A stretch of 64,000 nucleotides of DNA from Arenibaculum sp. (GTDB lineage Bacteria > Pseudomonadota > Alphaproteobacteria > Azospirillales > Azospirillaceae). The first letter of the stretch is position 1. Every line of letters starts with the position of its first letter. Under the pieces are notes generated by a model, which worked only from the letters and a program-made list of their open reading frames with translations, ran no database searches and had not been told where the DNA came from. Shown in pieces: positions 47,964-57,795 of this stretch. Location: NCBI RefSeq assembly GCF_035998295.1, contig NZ_DASYHS010000024.1:2742-66741 (forward strand), written 5' to 3'. The position numbers and the translations under genes were made by a program.

Positions 47964-49040
47964 TCAGATGGCAAGCGATGCGGAGGGCGCGCGGCTGCGC
48001 GCGCTCCTGATGACGTCGAACACTTCGCGCACGAACGGTTCCGGAATGCCGCGCGTGATGAAGACGATGCGGCTCCGGCGCCATCCGCGCGGCCATGCGT
48101 CGAGAGCGAAGGGCGGATGGAAGAGTTTCTGGACCGCCTGGACCACGATCGGCTCGCCGCGCCCCTCGACGTCCAGGATGCCCTTGATGCGGAGCATGTC
48201 CTCGCCGTGGGCGATGACCAGGGCGTCCAGCCACGCCGCCACTTCCTGCCAGACCAGCGGTTCGTCGAAGGTCAGGCAGAAGCTGGAGATCGCGGCGTCG
48301 TGGCGGGCATGGTGGTCGTGCGCGTCGGGGCCGTCCCCGTCCCCGGGCCCGTCCCCGGGCCCGTGCCGTGGGAAGGCGTCGGCCCGCAGCCAGGCCTGCG
48401 CGGCCTGCGCGCCGGCGGCGCCGTCATGCACGCCGCCATGGACCAGCGCGGCGGGGTCAGGCGGTGCGCCGGGTGCCGCTTCGAGCAGGGAGGCGCCGGG
48501 GTTCAGGGAGCGCAGGCGGGCGGCGAGGTCGGCGAACCCCCCGGGCGCAAGGTCGGTCTTGGTGACGACGATCGCGTCGGCGACCGCGGCCTGCTTGACG
48601 GCTTCGGCGTGCCGATCGAGCGTGGCGAGGCCCTGGGGCGCCTCGACGGCCGTGACGATGCAGTCCAGCCGGTAGTCCCGGGCCACCGGCATGGTCATCA
48701 GGGCCTGGATGACGGGCGCCGGGTCGGCGAGGCCCGTGGTTTCGATGACGACCCGCGAAAGGGTCCGGATGTCGCCCCGCCGCTGCCTCAGGACCAGATC
48801 CTGGAGGGTTTCGACGAGGTCGCCCCGCACCGTGCAGCACAGGCATCCGGTCGTCAGCTCTATCGTGCTCTCGTCGCTCGCCGCTATGAGGTCGCCGTCG
48901 ATGCCGATGTCGCCGAACTCGTTGACGATCACCGCGGCGTCGGCGAGGCTCGGCGTCCTGAGCCATTGATTGAGCAAGGTCGTCTTGCCGCTGCCCAGGA
49001 ACCCGGTCAGCAGCAGGATCGGCGTGCGGGAGCCAGTCAT
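47964..49040 (-). CDS. COG0523 / CobW-family GTPase metallochaperone
   Basis: P-loop LLTGFLGSGKTTLL, the metal motif GCLCCT, and a His/Asp-rich insert GPGDGPGDGDGPDAHDHHARHD before the CobW C-terminal domain. Confidence 0.85.
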   Translation of the reverse strand: MTGSRTPILLLTGFLGSGKTTLLNQWLRTPSLADAAVIVNEFGDIGIDGDLIAASDESTIELTTGCLCCTVRGDLVETLQDLVLRQRRGDIRTLSRVVIETTGLADPAPVIQALMTMPVARDYRLDCIVTAVEAPQGLATLDRHAEAVKQAAVADAIVVTKTDLAPGGFADLAARLRSLNPGASLLEAAPGAPPDPAALVHGGVHDGAAGAQAAQAWLRADAFPRHGPGDGPGDGDGPDAHDHHARHDAAISSFCLTFDEPLVWQEVAAWLDALVIAHGEDMLRIKGILDVEGRGEPIVVQAVQKLFHPPFALDAWPRGWRRSRIVFITRGIPEPFVREVFDVIRSARSRAPSASLAI

Positions 49041-49131
49041 CGCCAGATTTCCCGGATGGGTTGTTCGTTCATGATGGGCGGGCGTGATGGGGGGAAGCGT
49101 GGCGCGGGACCCTCGTCCCGCGCGCTTCGCC

Positions 49132-50121
49132 TCACCGGCCGGCGAGATAGCCGGGGTCGTAGTACTTGGAGACGTCCAGCGTCGGGGCGGGCTCGCCCGT
49201 GAGCGCGGCGTCGATGTCGACGATGTTCTGCAGCGCGGCGTCCGGCATTTCCAGGTTGCGGCCGATCGCCTGCTGTTCCTCGATGATGAACCGGTACGAG
49301 GCTTCCGCCACGTCGGGTTCCACGCCCGTATAGTCGGCGAGGATCGCGACGGCCTTCTCCCGGTTGGCGGGCTCGTAGATCCAGTTGGACGCTTCCTGGA
49401 GCGCCTGGGTCAGGTCCGCGGCCGTGTCCGGATTTTGGGCGGCCCAGTCCTTGTTGAGGATCAGTGGGGTCTGCACGTAGGGCTCGGTGTAGACGTCGAG
49501 CACCGCCATGCCGTCGTTCATGGCGATGGTGTCGAAGGGGGCGATCAGCAGCGCCCCTGACACCTGGCCGTTGCCGAGCGCGACCACGCGGTCCCGGGAG
49601 TTGGTCAGCGCCACCATCTGCACGTCGCCCGCCTTCACCCCGGCCTTCTGCAGCTGGTAGAGCAGCAGGTTCGCCGTGCCGCCGGTGACGCCGCCCGCGG
49701 TGACGACCTTGCCCGACAGGTCCGCCGCACTGTCGATGCCCGGCCCGCCGACGAGCCGGAGAATGGTCTTCTCCAGGATGGCGCCGCTGATGACGATCGG
49801 CGCGCCCTGATCGACGGCGCGGACGACGAGATCGCCGAGGGAGACGCCGGCTTCCACGCTGCCCGAGGCCACCGCCTGGAGGAGGGCCGGGCTGCTGGCG
49901 GCGCGCAGTTCCTCGATCTCGAGCCCGCGCTCGGCGTAGAAGCCCTGGTCCTCGGCGATCGCGTGCAGCCAGAGCAGCGCGCTGGGCGCCAGCATGGCGA
50001 CCCGGACGGTCTCCGTCTTGGTGGGTTGGGCCTGGGCGGGCTGGGCCGTGGCGGCAAAAGCTCCTGCCGTGATCGCGGTGGCGAGGCTCAGCCGCGCGGC
50101 GACGGTGCGGAAAGTCTTCAT
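49132..50121 (-). CDS. ABC transporter substrate-binding protein (NMT1/THI5-like, NitT/TauT family)
   Basis: MKTFRTVAARLSLATAITAGAFAATAQPAQA is the signal peptide. The fold is a periplasmic binding protein of about 300 aa (VRVAMLAPSALLWLHAIAEDQGFYAERGLEIE). The longer track ORF is rejected. Confidence 0.8.
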   Translation of the reverse strand: MKTFRTVAARLSLATAITAGAFAATAQPAQAQPTKTETVRVAMLAPSALLWLHAIAEDQGFYAERGLEIEELRAASSPALLQAVASGSVEAGVSLGDLVVRAVDQGAPIVISGAILEKTILRLVGGPGIDSAADLSGKVVTAGGVTGGTANLLLYQLQKAGVKAGDVQMVALTNSRDRVVALGNGQVSGALLIAPFDTIAMNDGMAVLDVYTEPYVQTPLILNKDWAAQNPDTAADLTQALQEASNWIYEPANREKAVAILADYTGVEPDVAEASYRFIIEEQQAIGRNLEMPDAALQNIVDIDAALTGEPAPTLDVSKYYDPGYLAGR

Positions 50122-50251
50122 GGCGCATTCCCCGATGGTTTTCGCTGCGTCCAAGAGCGCCCACCACGGGGCATGGCCCTCCGTCCGACGCAGGGGAAAA
50201 GCTACAGCCCCCTGCCGCTCTGTCAACATAAATTCCCAAATAATGCGAAAA

Positions 50252-50263
50252 GCGCATATGCGC
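50252..50263. promoter_or_regulatory. perfect 12-bp palindrome in the iclR / ABC-operon divergent promoter region (candidate operator)
   Basis: GCGCATATGCGC, flanked by imperfect inverted arms ATTCCCAAATAATG ... CATATTGGAAAT. It lies in a locally AT-rich stretch (about 50221-50300). Confidence 0.3.
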
Positions 50264-50349
50264 GACATATTGGAAATGGTGTGAATTCGTGATGCTTGCC
50301 AATGCGGGTGCAATTGGCTACACGATCCGGACGGATCGGGAGGTGATCG

Positions 50350-51123
50350 ATGACGGTACCCAGCCGGGTAATCGCCATTCTGCAGCTGTATCTCGGGGAG
50401 CGGCGGGTATGGACCGCCGAAGCCATGGGGCGGGCGCTGGACGTGTCGACGAGCACGGCGTACCGCTACGTCAAGGAGCTGTGCGCCGCGGGCTTCCTGG
50501 ACCCGGTCACCGGCGCCGGCTATGCGCTCGGTCCCGCCATCATCCAGTACGACTATTTCCTGCGGACGGCGGATCCCGTGATCCAGCATGCGATCCCCGG
50601 CATGCGCAAGCTCATCACCCTGTCCGATCCCAGGGTCGACGTCATCCTGTGCCGCCGCTTCAAGGACCGCGTCCTATGCGTCCATCAGGAGAACGGCCCC
50701 GAACCGCATCCGCCCACGACCTATGCGCGCGGCGTCGCCATGCCCCTGTTCCTGGGCGCCACGTCGAAGGTGATCCTGGCCAACCTGCCGGAGCGCGGGT
50801 TGAAGCGGTTCTACCTCGACAACGAGGAGCAGATCCGCGCGTCGGGCCGCGTCCGGACCTGGAAGGAGTTCAAGGAAGAGCTCAAGAAGGTCCGGCGTAC
50901 CGGATACTGCCTGACGGTCTCCGAGGTCGCCCCGGAGAGGGCGGGGCTGGCGGCGCCGATCTTCCGGGACGACCAGGTGATCGCCTCGATCAGCATCGTC
51001 ACGCAGAGCCACGTCTTCGAGGAGATCAGGAAGAGCGCCGACATAATCCCGGAAATCCTGGGCGTGGCTCGCGAGATCAGCGAGAGCCTGGACGACACCG
51101 TGGCGGAGGTGGCGCGAAGCTGA
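50350..51123 (+). CDS. IclR family transcriptional regulator
   Basis: N-terminal wHTH (ALDVSTSTAYRYVKELCAAGFL) and a C-terminal IclR effector domain. Size is 257 aa and the RBS is GGGAGG. Confidence 0.85.
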   Translation: MTVPSRVIAILQLYLGERRVWTAEAMGRALDVSTSTAYRYVKELCAAGFLDPVTGAGYALGPAIIQYDYFLRTADPVIQHAIPGMRKLITLSDPRVDVILCRRFKDRVLCVHQENGPEPHPPTTYARGVAMPLFLGATSKVILANLPERGLKRFYLDNEEQIRASGRVRTWKEFKEELKKVRRTGYCLTVSEVAPERAGLAAPIFRDDQVIASISIVTQSHVFEEIRKSADIIPEILGVAREISESLDDTVAEVARS

Positions 51124-51145
51124 CCGCCGCGGCGTCGGTCCCGGC

Positions 51146-54058
51146 CTAATGCGCCTCGGCCCAGCTCCGGCCGATGCCGGCATCGGCCACCAGCGGGACC
51201 GAGAGGCGGGCCGCGCCTTCCATCACGGTGCGCACGACCTCGGCCGTCTCCTGGGCCTCGCCCTCGGGTACCTCGAACAGCAGCTCGTCGTGGACCTGCA
51301 GCAGCATGCGGCCGCTCAGCCCGGCCGCGGCCAGGGCCGGGGGCACGCGGACCATGGCGCGTTTGATGATGTCGGCGGCCGTGCCCTGGATCGGCGCGTT
51401 GATCGCCTGGCGCTCGGCGAAGCTGCGCCGGGCGGCGTTGCGCTCGGCGATGCCCTGGATGTTCAGGCGGCGGCCGAACAGCGTCGTCACGTAGCCGTGC
51501 TCGCGGCAGAAGCGCTTGGTGCGGTCCATGTAGTCGGCCAGCTCCGAGAAGCGCTCCAGGTACTGCTTGATGAAGGTGTTGGCCTCGCCGGCGGGGATGC
51601 CGAGCTGGCGGCCGAGCCCGAAGCCGGAGATGCCGTAGATGATGCCGAAGTTGATCGCCTTGGCCTTGCGCCGGATATCCGAGGTCATGGCGTCCAGCGG
51701 CACGCCGAACACCTGGCTGGCGGTCATCGCGTGGATGTCGATGCCGTCGCGGAACGCGTCCTGCAGCGCCGCGATCCCGGCCATCTCCGCGACCAGGCGC
51801 AGCTCGATCTGGCTGTAGTCCACCGAGAGCAGGCGGAAGCCCTCGGGAGCGACGAAGGCCCCGCGGATGCGCCGGCCCTCCTCGGTGCGGATCGGGATGT
51901 TCTGGAGGTTCGGGTCGGTCGAGCTGAGCCGGCCGGTCGCCGTTGCCGCCAGCGAGAAGGAGGTGTGGACGCGCCCCGTGCCGTCGACCTGCTCCTGCAG
52001 GGCGTCGGTGTAGGTGCCCTTGAGCTTGGACAGCTGGCGCCAGTCCAGGACCTTCTGGACCATCGGGTGCAGGTCGACGAGCTGCTCCAGGACCGAGCTG
52101 TCGGTCGAATAGGCGCCGGTCTTGCCCTTCTTGCCGCCGGGCATGCCGAGCTGCTCGAACAGCACCTCGCCGAGCTGCTTGGGCGAGCCGACGTTGAAGG
52201 TGGCGCCGGACAGGCGGTGGACCTCCGCCTCCAGCTCGGCGAGCCGTCCCGAGAAGTCGCGCGACAGGCGCGCCAGCTCGTCGCGGTCGACCAGGACCCC
52301 CGCACTCTCCATGTCGGCCACCACCGGCGCCAGCGGCCGGTCCATCCCCTCGTAGACGGTGGTCATGCGCTCGAACACGAGGCGCGGCTTCAGCACGTGC
52401 CACAGGCGCAGCGTCACGTCCGCGTCCTCGGCCGCGTAGTCGCATGCCCGGTCGAGCGGGACGCGGTCGAAGGTGACCCGCGACTTGCCGGTCCCGGTCA
52501 CCTCGTCGTAGCTGATCGTCGTGTAGCCGAAATGGATCTGGGCCAGCTCGTCCATGCCGTGGCCGTGGCGGCCGGTGTCCAGAACGTAGCTGAGCAGCAT
52601 GGTGTCGTCGAACGGTGCCAGCCGGATGCCGTGCTGCCCGAACACCTGCATGTCGAACTTCAGGTTGTGCCCGACCTTGAGCACGCAGGGGTCCTCCAGC
52701 AGCGGCTTCAGCCGCGCGATCGCCTCATGCAGCGCGATCTGGCGCGGCGTGGCGTCGCCGGACAGGTCGAGGCCGCCCACCGTCGCATCCGGCGCCACGT
52801 GGCCGAGCGGGACGTAGCAGGCTTCCCCCGGCTCGACCGCGAGGCTGACGCCGACGAGCTTGCAGCTTCCAGGCGAGAGGCTGTCGGTCTCGGTGTCGAC
52901 CGCGACGATGCCGGCCTGGGCCGCCCGTTCGATCCAGCGCTCCAGGTCCTCCACCGTCTGCACCAGGACGCAGCGTCCCCGTCCCTCGGGCAGGTTCGGG
53001 CGCGGTGCTGCGCCGAGGCCCGCCACCTGCGCCGCCGTAGCGCCGGGCGCGTCCCCGGCCACCGCGTCCCCGGGCGCCGCTTCGCCGCTCCGCGCGGCGG
53101 CCGTGCCGTCCACCAGCCGGCCGTCCTTGCGCAGTTCCGCCTCCAGGCGCGCCACGGCCGAGCGGAAGCCCTGCTCGCGCAGGAAGGCGATCAGCTTGTC
53201 GTGGTCGGGCTCGCGAACGCGCAGGTCCCCGACCGGCACCGGCACTGGCACCTGGTCCTCCAGCCTGACGAGGCGCTTGGAGATGCGCGCCTGCTCGGCA
53301 TAGGTCTGCAGGGCCTCGCGGCGCTTGGGCTGCTTGATCTCACCCGCGCGCTCCAGCAGGGCTTCCAGGCTGCCGTACTCGCCGATCAGCTGGGCCGCGG
53401 TCTTGACGCCGATCCCGGGGACGCCCGGCACGTTGTCGACGCTGTCGCCGGCCAGCGCCTGGACGTCGACGACCTTCTCCGGGGCCACCCCGAACTTCTC
53501 CATCACCTCCTCGGCGCCGATGGCCTTGTTCTTGATGGGGTCCATCATGCGCACGCCGTCGCGCACGAGCTGCATCAGGTCCTTGTCGGAGGAGACGATC
53601 GTGACCTCGCGCCCCTGCTCGCGGGCGAGGCGGGCGTACGTCGCGATCAGGTCGTCGGCCTCGAAGCCCTCCAGCTCCAGGCAGGGCAGGCAGAACGCCT
53701 CGACCGCCTCGCGGATGATCGCGAACTGGGGGCGCAGCTCTTCCGGCGGGTCGCTGCGGTTGGCCTTGTACTCGGGGTAGATGTCGTTGCGGAAGTTCGC
53801 GCGCTTGGCGTCGAAGACGACCGCCACCGCCTCGGCGCCCAGGTCGGCCAGCAGCTTCATGATCATGTTGGTGAAGCCGAGGACGGCGTTCACCGGCGTG
53901 CCGTCGGGCCGGTTCAGGACGGGCAGGGCGTGGAAGGCGCGGAAGATGAACCCCGAGCCGTCGACGAGGTAGAGCGGCCCCATGCCCCGGGCATCGTCGG
54001 CTGCGGCCTCGGCGGCGGTGGCTGCGGCGGTCGGCGCGGGGGCGGCGAGGTCGGACAT
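51146..54058 (-). CDS. polA: DNA polymerase I
   Basis: 5'-3' exonuclease domain ([18 protein letters not shown]), a 3'-5' exonuclease region and polymerase motifs ([20 protein letters not shown]). Start MSDLAAP at 54058. The track ORF over-extends across the tRNA region. Confidence 0.95.
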   Translation of the reverse strand: MSDLAAPAPTAAATAAEAAADDARGMGPLYLVDGSGFIFRAFHALPVLNRPDGTPVNAVLGFTNMIMKLLADLGAEAVAVVFDAKRANFRNDIYPEYKANRSDPPEELRPQFAIIREAVEAFCLPCLELEGFEADDLIATYARLAREQGREVTIVSSDKDLMQLVRDGVRMMDPIKNKAIGAEEVMEKFGVAPEKVVDVQALAGDSVDNVPGVPGIGVKTAAQLIGEYGSLEALLERAGEIKQPKRREALQTYAEQARISKRLVRLEDQVPVPVPVGDLRVREPDHDKLIAFLREQGFRSAVARLEAELRKDGRLVDGTAAARSGEAAPGDAVAGDAPGATAAQVAGLGAAPRPNLPEGRGRCVLVQTVEDLERWIERAAQAGIVAVDTETDSLSPGSCKLVGVSLAVEPGEACYVPLGHVAPDATVGGLDLSGDATPRQIALHEAIARLKPLLEDPCVLKVGHNLKFDMQVFGQHGIRLAPFDDTMLLSYVLDTGRHGHGMDELAQIHFGYTTISYDEVTGTGKSRVTFDRVPLDRACDYAAEDADVTLRLWHVLKPRLVFERMTTVYEGMDRPLAPVVADMESAGVLVDRDELARLSRDFSGRLAELEAEVHRLSGATFNVGSPKQLGEVLFEQLGMPGGKKGKTGAYSTDSSVLEQLVDLHPMVQKVLDWRQLSKLKGTYTDALQEQVDGTGRVHTSFSLAATATGRLSSTDPNLQNIPIRTEEGRRIRGAFVAPEGFRLLSVDYSQIELRLVAEMAGIAALQDAFRDGIDIHAMTASQVFGVPLDAMTSDIRRKAKAINFGIIYGISGFGLGRQLGIPAGEANTFIKQYLERFSELADYMDRTKRFCREHGYVTTLFGRRLNIQGIAERNAARRSFAERQAINAPIQGTAADIIKRAMVRVPPALAAAGLSGRMLLQVHDELLFEVPEGEAQETAEVVRTVMEGAARLSVPLVADAGIGRSWAEAH

Positions 54059-54239
54059 GGCGGCTCTCTCGGACGGGGCGGTTCGGACTGGGGCGGTTCG
54101 GGTGGGGCAGTGCCAGAACATGGGCCAAGCCCGCGCGCGTGTCGAGTGTCCGTGCAGGCCGCGCCGATGCAGAAAGTGGATGCGGACGGGCCGGCGATGC
54201 GGTAGGGATGAGGGCTGCCGGCCCGCGCGGGACGGCGAC

Positions 54240-54326
54240 GCGGGCGTGGCGGAATTGGCAGACGCGCCGGACTCAAAATCCGGTTCTGGTGACAGAGTGT
54301 CGGTTCGACCCCGACCGCCCGCACCA
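54240..54326 (+). tRNA. tRNA-Leu (anticodon CAA)
   Basis: Acceptor GCGGGCG/CGCCCGC plus ACCA. The anticodon arm is CCGGA CT-CAA-AA TCCGG. It has a long variable arm and the T-arm GTCGG TTCGACC CCGAC. Length is 87 nt with encoded CCA. Confidence 0.9.
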
Positions 54327-54465
54327 ATCAACGGCCTCGGCCCCAGGGCCTCGATGCAGGCCCCCGCGTGACGCGTGTCCGGCGACGCAGGCCGTTGCGG
54401 TCTCCCGCCTTGCGGCCCGTCAGGCTGGGACGAGTTCCACCCCGACGAGAGAAGGTGGAGACTAC

Positions 54466-54930
54466 ATGAAGGAAGATCATCCAGGCCAGGCGGGCGGCTG
54501 CCGGTGCGGCCAGGTGAGGTTCGAGGTCGGCTCCAGGCCGCTTCTGACGATGGCCTGCCACTGCACGGGGTGCCAGCGCATGACCGCAAGCGCCTACTCC
54601 CTGAGCACGCTTCATCTCAGCGCCTCTTTCAAGGTGACCCAGGGCGAGCCCGTCATCGGCGGGCTGCGCGGGCCGACCCGCCACTTCTTCTGCCCGCATT
54701 GCATGAGCTGGCTCTTCACGCGTCCGGAAGGCTTGGACGATTACGTCAACGTGCGTTCGACGATGCTGGACGATGCCCGGTCCTTCCGGCCCTTCATCGA
54801 AACCTATACCAGCGAGGCGCTGCCCTGGGCGCGGACGCCGGCCGTCCACAGCTTCGAGAAGTTCCCGCCGCCGGAGCTCTTCCCCGCCCTGGGCGCGGAG
54901 TTCGCCGAGAAGGTCGACCAAGGCTTCTGA
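54466..54930 (+). CDS. GFA family protein (glutathione-dependent formaldehyde-activating / CENP-V fold)
   Basis: Zn-binding Cys pattern CRCGQVRF...CHCTGCQR...FCPHC. RBS is GAAGGTGGAG. Size is 154 aa. Confidence 0.85.
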   Translation: MKEDHPGQAGGCRCGQVRFEVGSRPLLTMACHCTGCQRMTASAYSLSTLHLSASFKVTQGEPVIGGLRGPTRHFFCPHCMSWLFTRPEGLDDYVNVRSTMLDDARSFRPFIETYTSEALPWARTPAVHSFEKFPPPELFPALGAEFAEKVDQGF

Positions 54931-54950
54931 TCCGCCGCGTTCTGAGGTCC

Positions 54951-54972
54951 GGGCCGGCCGGGCGGCCGGCCC
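54951..54972 (+). terminator. GC hairpin after the GFA gene (no U-tract)
   Basis: GGGCCGGCC GGGC GGCCGGCCC, a perfect 9-bp stem, 20 nt after the stop. Confidence 0.35.
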
Positions 54973-55102
54973 GCGCACTTGAACCGGCGTCGCGTCCACA
55001 CTAGGTTTTGACCCGTCACCAATCCAGGCAGGATGTTTTCAGAAATGGATCACGCCCCCGAAACGACGGCACTTCGCTTCGCTTCTCGGGGGATCGTACT
55101 CC

Positions 55103-56710
55103 ATGCCTGCCTCTATTTCGATTTCCGGCCTTTCATGGTCGACGCCTGACGGCCATAGGCTTTTCTCGGACCTCGACTTCTCGTTCGGCGCCGAGCGCGC
55201 GGGGCTCGTCGGCCGGAACGGCGTCGGGAAAACGACCCTTCTCAAGCTGATTGCCGGCGAGCTCGCCCCCGGGACGGGAAGCGTGTCCGTCACCGGCAGG
55301 CTGGGCGTCCTTCGCCAGACCGTGCAGGTGGGGCCGGACGAGACGGTCGCCGACCTGTTCGGCGTCTCGGACGCCCTGGCCGTCCTGCGCCGGGCCGAGG
55401 CGGGCGAAGCCTCCGCGGAGGAGCTTGCGGCCGCCGATTGGACCCTGGAGGCGCGCATCGCGGCGGCCCTCGGGCGCGTCGGCCTGGACGCCGGGCAGGA
55501 CGCCCGGCTGGCCATGCTGTCCGGCGGGCAGCGCACGCGGGCCGGCCTCGCGGCCCTCGTCTTCCGCGAACCCGACCTCCTCCTCCTGGACGAGCCGAGC
55601 AACGACCTCGACCGCGAGGGCCGCCGGGCATTGATCGACCTGCTGGCCGGCTGGCGGGCCGGCGCGGTCGTCGTCAGCCACGACCGGGAACTGCTGGACA
55701 CGATGGACGCCATCGTGGAACTGACCTCGCTGGGCGCGCGGCGCTACGGCGGCAACTGGAGCCACTACCGCGAACGCAAGGCGATCGAGCTCGCCGCCGC
55801 CCGGCACGACCTGGCGGATGCCGAGAAGCGCGTCGCCGATGCCGCCCGCAGCGCACAGGCGACGGCCGAGCGGCAGGCGCGCAGGGACCGGGCGGGGCGG
55901 AAGAAGGCCGCCAAGGGGGACATGCCCCGGATACTGATCGGCATGCTCGAGGACAGGAGCGAGGGCACGAGCGGCGGGAACGCCCGTCTGGCCGAACGCC
56001 GGCGCGCGCAGGCCGCCGAAGCCGCGGCCGGCGCGCGTGAACGGATCGAAATCCTCCAGCCGCTGACCGTCCACGTCCCGTCGACCGGGCTTGCGCCGAC
56101 CAGGACCGTCCTGAAGCTGGACGGCGTGACCGCCGGATACGAACCCGGCATGCCCGTCATCCGCGACCTGTCCCTTACCGTGGTCGGGCCCGAGCGTCTC
56201 GCCGTCGCCGGCCCCAACGGGTCCGGCAAGACGACGCTGCTCGCCGTCGTCGCGGGCAGGCTCCGGCCCTGGAGGGGCACGGCCCGGACCATGGTCGGAC
56301 ATGCGATGCTCGACCAGCGGGTGAGCCTGCTCGACCCGACGGTCTCGATCCGGGACAACTTCCGGCGGCTCAACCCCGAGGCCGACGAGAACGCGTGCCG
56401 GGCGGCGCTCGCCCGCTTCATGTTCCGTGCCGACGTGGCTCTAAAGGCCGTTTCGACGCTCAGCGGAGGGCAGGTGCTGCGCGCGGGGCTCGCTTGCGTG
56501 CTCGGCGGGTCGGCACCGCCGCCTCTCCTGATCCTGGACGAGCCGACGAACCATCTGGACGTCGATTCCATCGAGGCGGTCGAGGCCGGCCTGCGTGCCT
56601 ATGACGGCGCCCTCCTGATCGTCAGCCACGACGAGGCGTTCCTCGGCAATGTCGGGATCTCGCGGACGCTCGACCTTCAGGCGCCAGGGCGGCGCGGGGA
56701 AGGGGAATGA
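55103..56710 (+). CDS. ABC-F family ATPase (two ABC domains, no TM domain)
   Basis: Walker A GRNGVGKTT and GPNGSGKTT, signatures LSGGQRTR and LSGGQVLR, Walker B LLLLDEPSN and LLILDEPTN, and a charged inter-domain linker. Confidence 0.85.
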   Translation: MPASISISGLSWSTPDGHRLFSDLDFSFGAERAGLVGRNGVGKTTLLKLIAGELAPGTGSVSVTGRLGVLRQTVQVGPDETVADLFGVSDALAVLRRAEAGEASAEELAAADWTLEARIAAALGRVGLDAGQDARLAMLSGGQRTRAGLAALVFREPDLLLLDEPSNDLDREGRRALIDLLAGWRAGAVVVSHDRELLDTMDAIVELTSLGARRYGGNWSHYRERKAIELAAARHDLADAEKRVADAARSAQATAERQARRDRAGRKKAAKGDMPRILIGMLEDRSEGTSGGNARLAERRRAQAAEAAAGARERIEILQPLTVHVPSTGLAPTRTVLKLDGVTAGYEPGMPVIRDLSLTVVGPERLAVAGPNGSGKTTLLAVVAGRLRPWRGTARTMVGHAMLDQRVSLLDPTVSIRDNFRRLNPEADENACRAALARFMFRADVALKAVSTLSGGQVLRAGLACVLGGSAPPPLLILDEPTNHLDVDSIEAVEAGLRAYDGALLIVSHDEAFLGNVGISRTLDLQAPGRRGEGE

Positions 56711-56823
56711 CGTCGCGTTCGGCGTCGACCTGTACGGTTCCGCCTTGCTTTCCGCGCTGCCGATCCGTCCATGATACCCGGGAGCGATCGTGGCGCGAGC
56801 CGAACCGGATGGGAGCGGGCGGG

Positions 56824-57795
56824 ATGAGGGGCGTATTCTTCTCCGTGGTCGAGGCGATCGGGGCGACGCCGCTGGTGCGGCTGGACCGCCTGACGCGCGC
56901 TCGCGGCCTGGACGGCACCATCCTGGCCAAGCTCGACTATCTCAGTCCGGGTTTCTCCAAGAAGGACCGGGCGGCGCGGGGCATCATCGAGGAGGCGGAG
57001 CGGGACGGCTCCCTGCGCCCCGGCCAGACCGTGGTCGAGCTGACGTCCGGCAACATGGGGACGGGCCTCGCGATCGTCTGCGCCGTGAAGGGCCATCCCT
57101 TCGTCGCCGTAATGTCGAAAGGCAACTCGGAAGAGCGCGCGCGCATGATGCGTGCGCTCGGCGCCGAGGTCGTGCTCGTCGACCAGCTGCCCGGCTCGGT
57201 GCCGGGCCAGGTCTCGGGCGGCGACCTGGAACTCGTCGAGCAGGCCGCCCGGAGGCTGACCGAGGAGCGGGGGGCGTTCCGGGCCGACCAGTTCCACCGC
57301 GACGGCAACCGGCTCGCGCATCAGCGCACCACCGGGCCGGAGCTGTGGGAGCAGAGCGAGGGCGGGATCGACGCGTTCGCGGATTTCCTCGGCACGGGCG
57401 GCACCTATGCGGGCGTCACGACGGCGCTGAAGGAGCGCAACCCCGCGATACGGTGCTACGCGGTCGAGCCGGCGGGCGCCGCGGCGGCGGCGGGCGAGCC
57501 GGTGACGCAGCCGAACCATCCGATCCAGGGCGGCGGCTACGCCATGGGCGACCTCGCGTTCATGCGCGGCGTACCGGTCGACGGCTACCTCCAGGTGACG
57601 GGCGACGAGGCGCGGCGGACGGCCCGGGCGCTGGCGGCCCAGGAGGGCATCTTCGGCGGCTTCTCGGCCGGCGCCAACGTCGCCGCCGCGTGCCGGCTCC
57701 TCGCCGGGCCGGAGCGGGGCCGGACGGTCGCGGTCGTGATCTGCGACTCCGGGCTCAAATACCTGTCGACCGACCTCTGGTCGCAGGAGGAGTAG
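56824..57795 (+). CDS. PLP-dependent cysteine synthase family protein
   Basis: PLP-lysine region LSPGFSKKDRAA and TSGNMGTGLA, with a CysK/CysM-like fold over about 320 aa. ATG 56824 follows GGGAG; ATG 56809 is an alternative. Confidence 0.8.
   Translation: MRGVFFSVVEAIGATPLVRLDRLTRARGLDGTILAKLDYLSPGFSKKDRAARGIIEEAERDGSLRPGQTVVELTSGNMGTGLAIVCAVKGHPFVAVMSKGNSEERARMMRALGAEVVLVDQLPGSVPGQVSGGDLELVEQAARRLTEERGAFRADQFHRDGNRLAHQRTTGPELWEQSEGGIDAFADFLGTGGTYAGVTTALKERNPAIRCYAVEPAGAAAAAGEPVTQPNHPIQGGGYAMGDLAFMRGVPVDGYLQVTGDEARRTARALAAQEGIFGGFSAGANVAAACRLLAGPERGRTVAVVICDSGLKYLSTDLWSQEE

Noticed and set aside
47964-49040. Call as genuine cobW of the cobalamin pathway (there is a cobU at 14.9 kb)
   Set aside because: No cob genes are adjacent. 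The gene is embedded in a transporter/amidohydrolase operon, so the generic COG0523 metallochaperone call is safer.
50122-50349. Zur/Fur box that would tie the COG0523-amidohydrolase operon to zinc starvation
   Set aside because: The AT-rich core contains palindromes (GCGCATATGCGC), but nothing I can confidently match to a Zur box from memory. I left it as an open check rather than a claim.
51149-54205. 1018-aa plus-strand ORF. Similar cases are 46434..49202 (922 aa), 1941..3977 (678 aa), 8915..10717 (600 aa), 27238..29295 (685 aa), 59448..61634 (728 aa) and 18835..20676 (613 aa).
   Set aside because: Each is antisense to a gene with unambiguous conserved motifs (polA, amidohydrolase/CobW, gpmI, rhlE, typA, murI/phosphoesterase, PAS kinase). 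All have Arg/Gly/Asp/Pro-dominated translations.
54139-54465. Upstream part of ORF 54139..54930
   Set aside because: This part runs straight through the tRNA-Leu gene (54240-54326). The GFA protein begins at ATG 54466 behind a GAAGGTGGAG RBS.
54240-55100. tRNA-Leu as an integration site for a genomic island or prophage
   Set aside because: There is no integrase, excisionase or phage-like gene on either side. I could not find a direct repeat of the tRNA 3' end downstream by eye. The neighbours (polA, GFA, ABC-F) look like ordinary chromosomal genes. A systematic repeat search was not possible.
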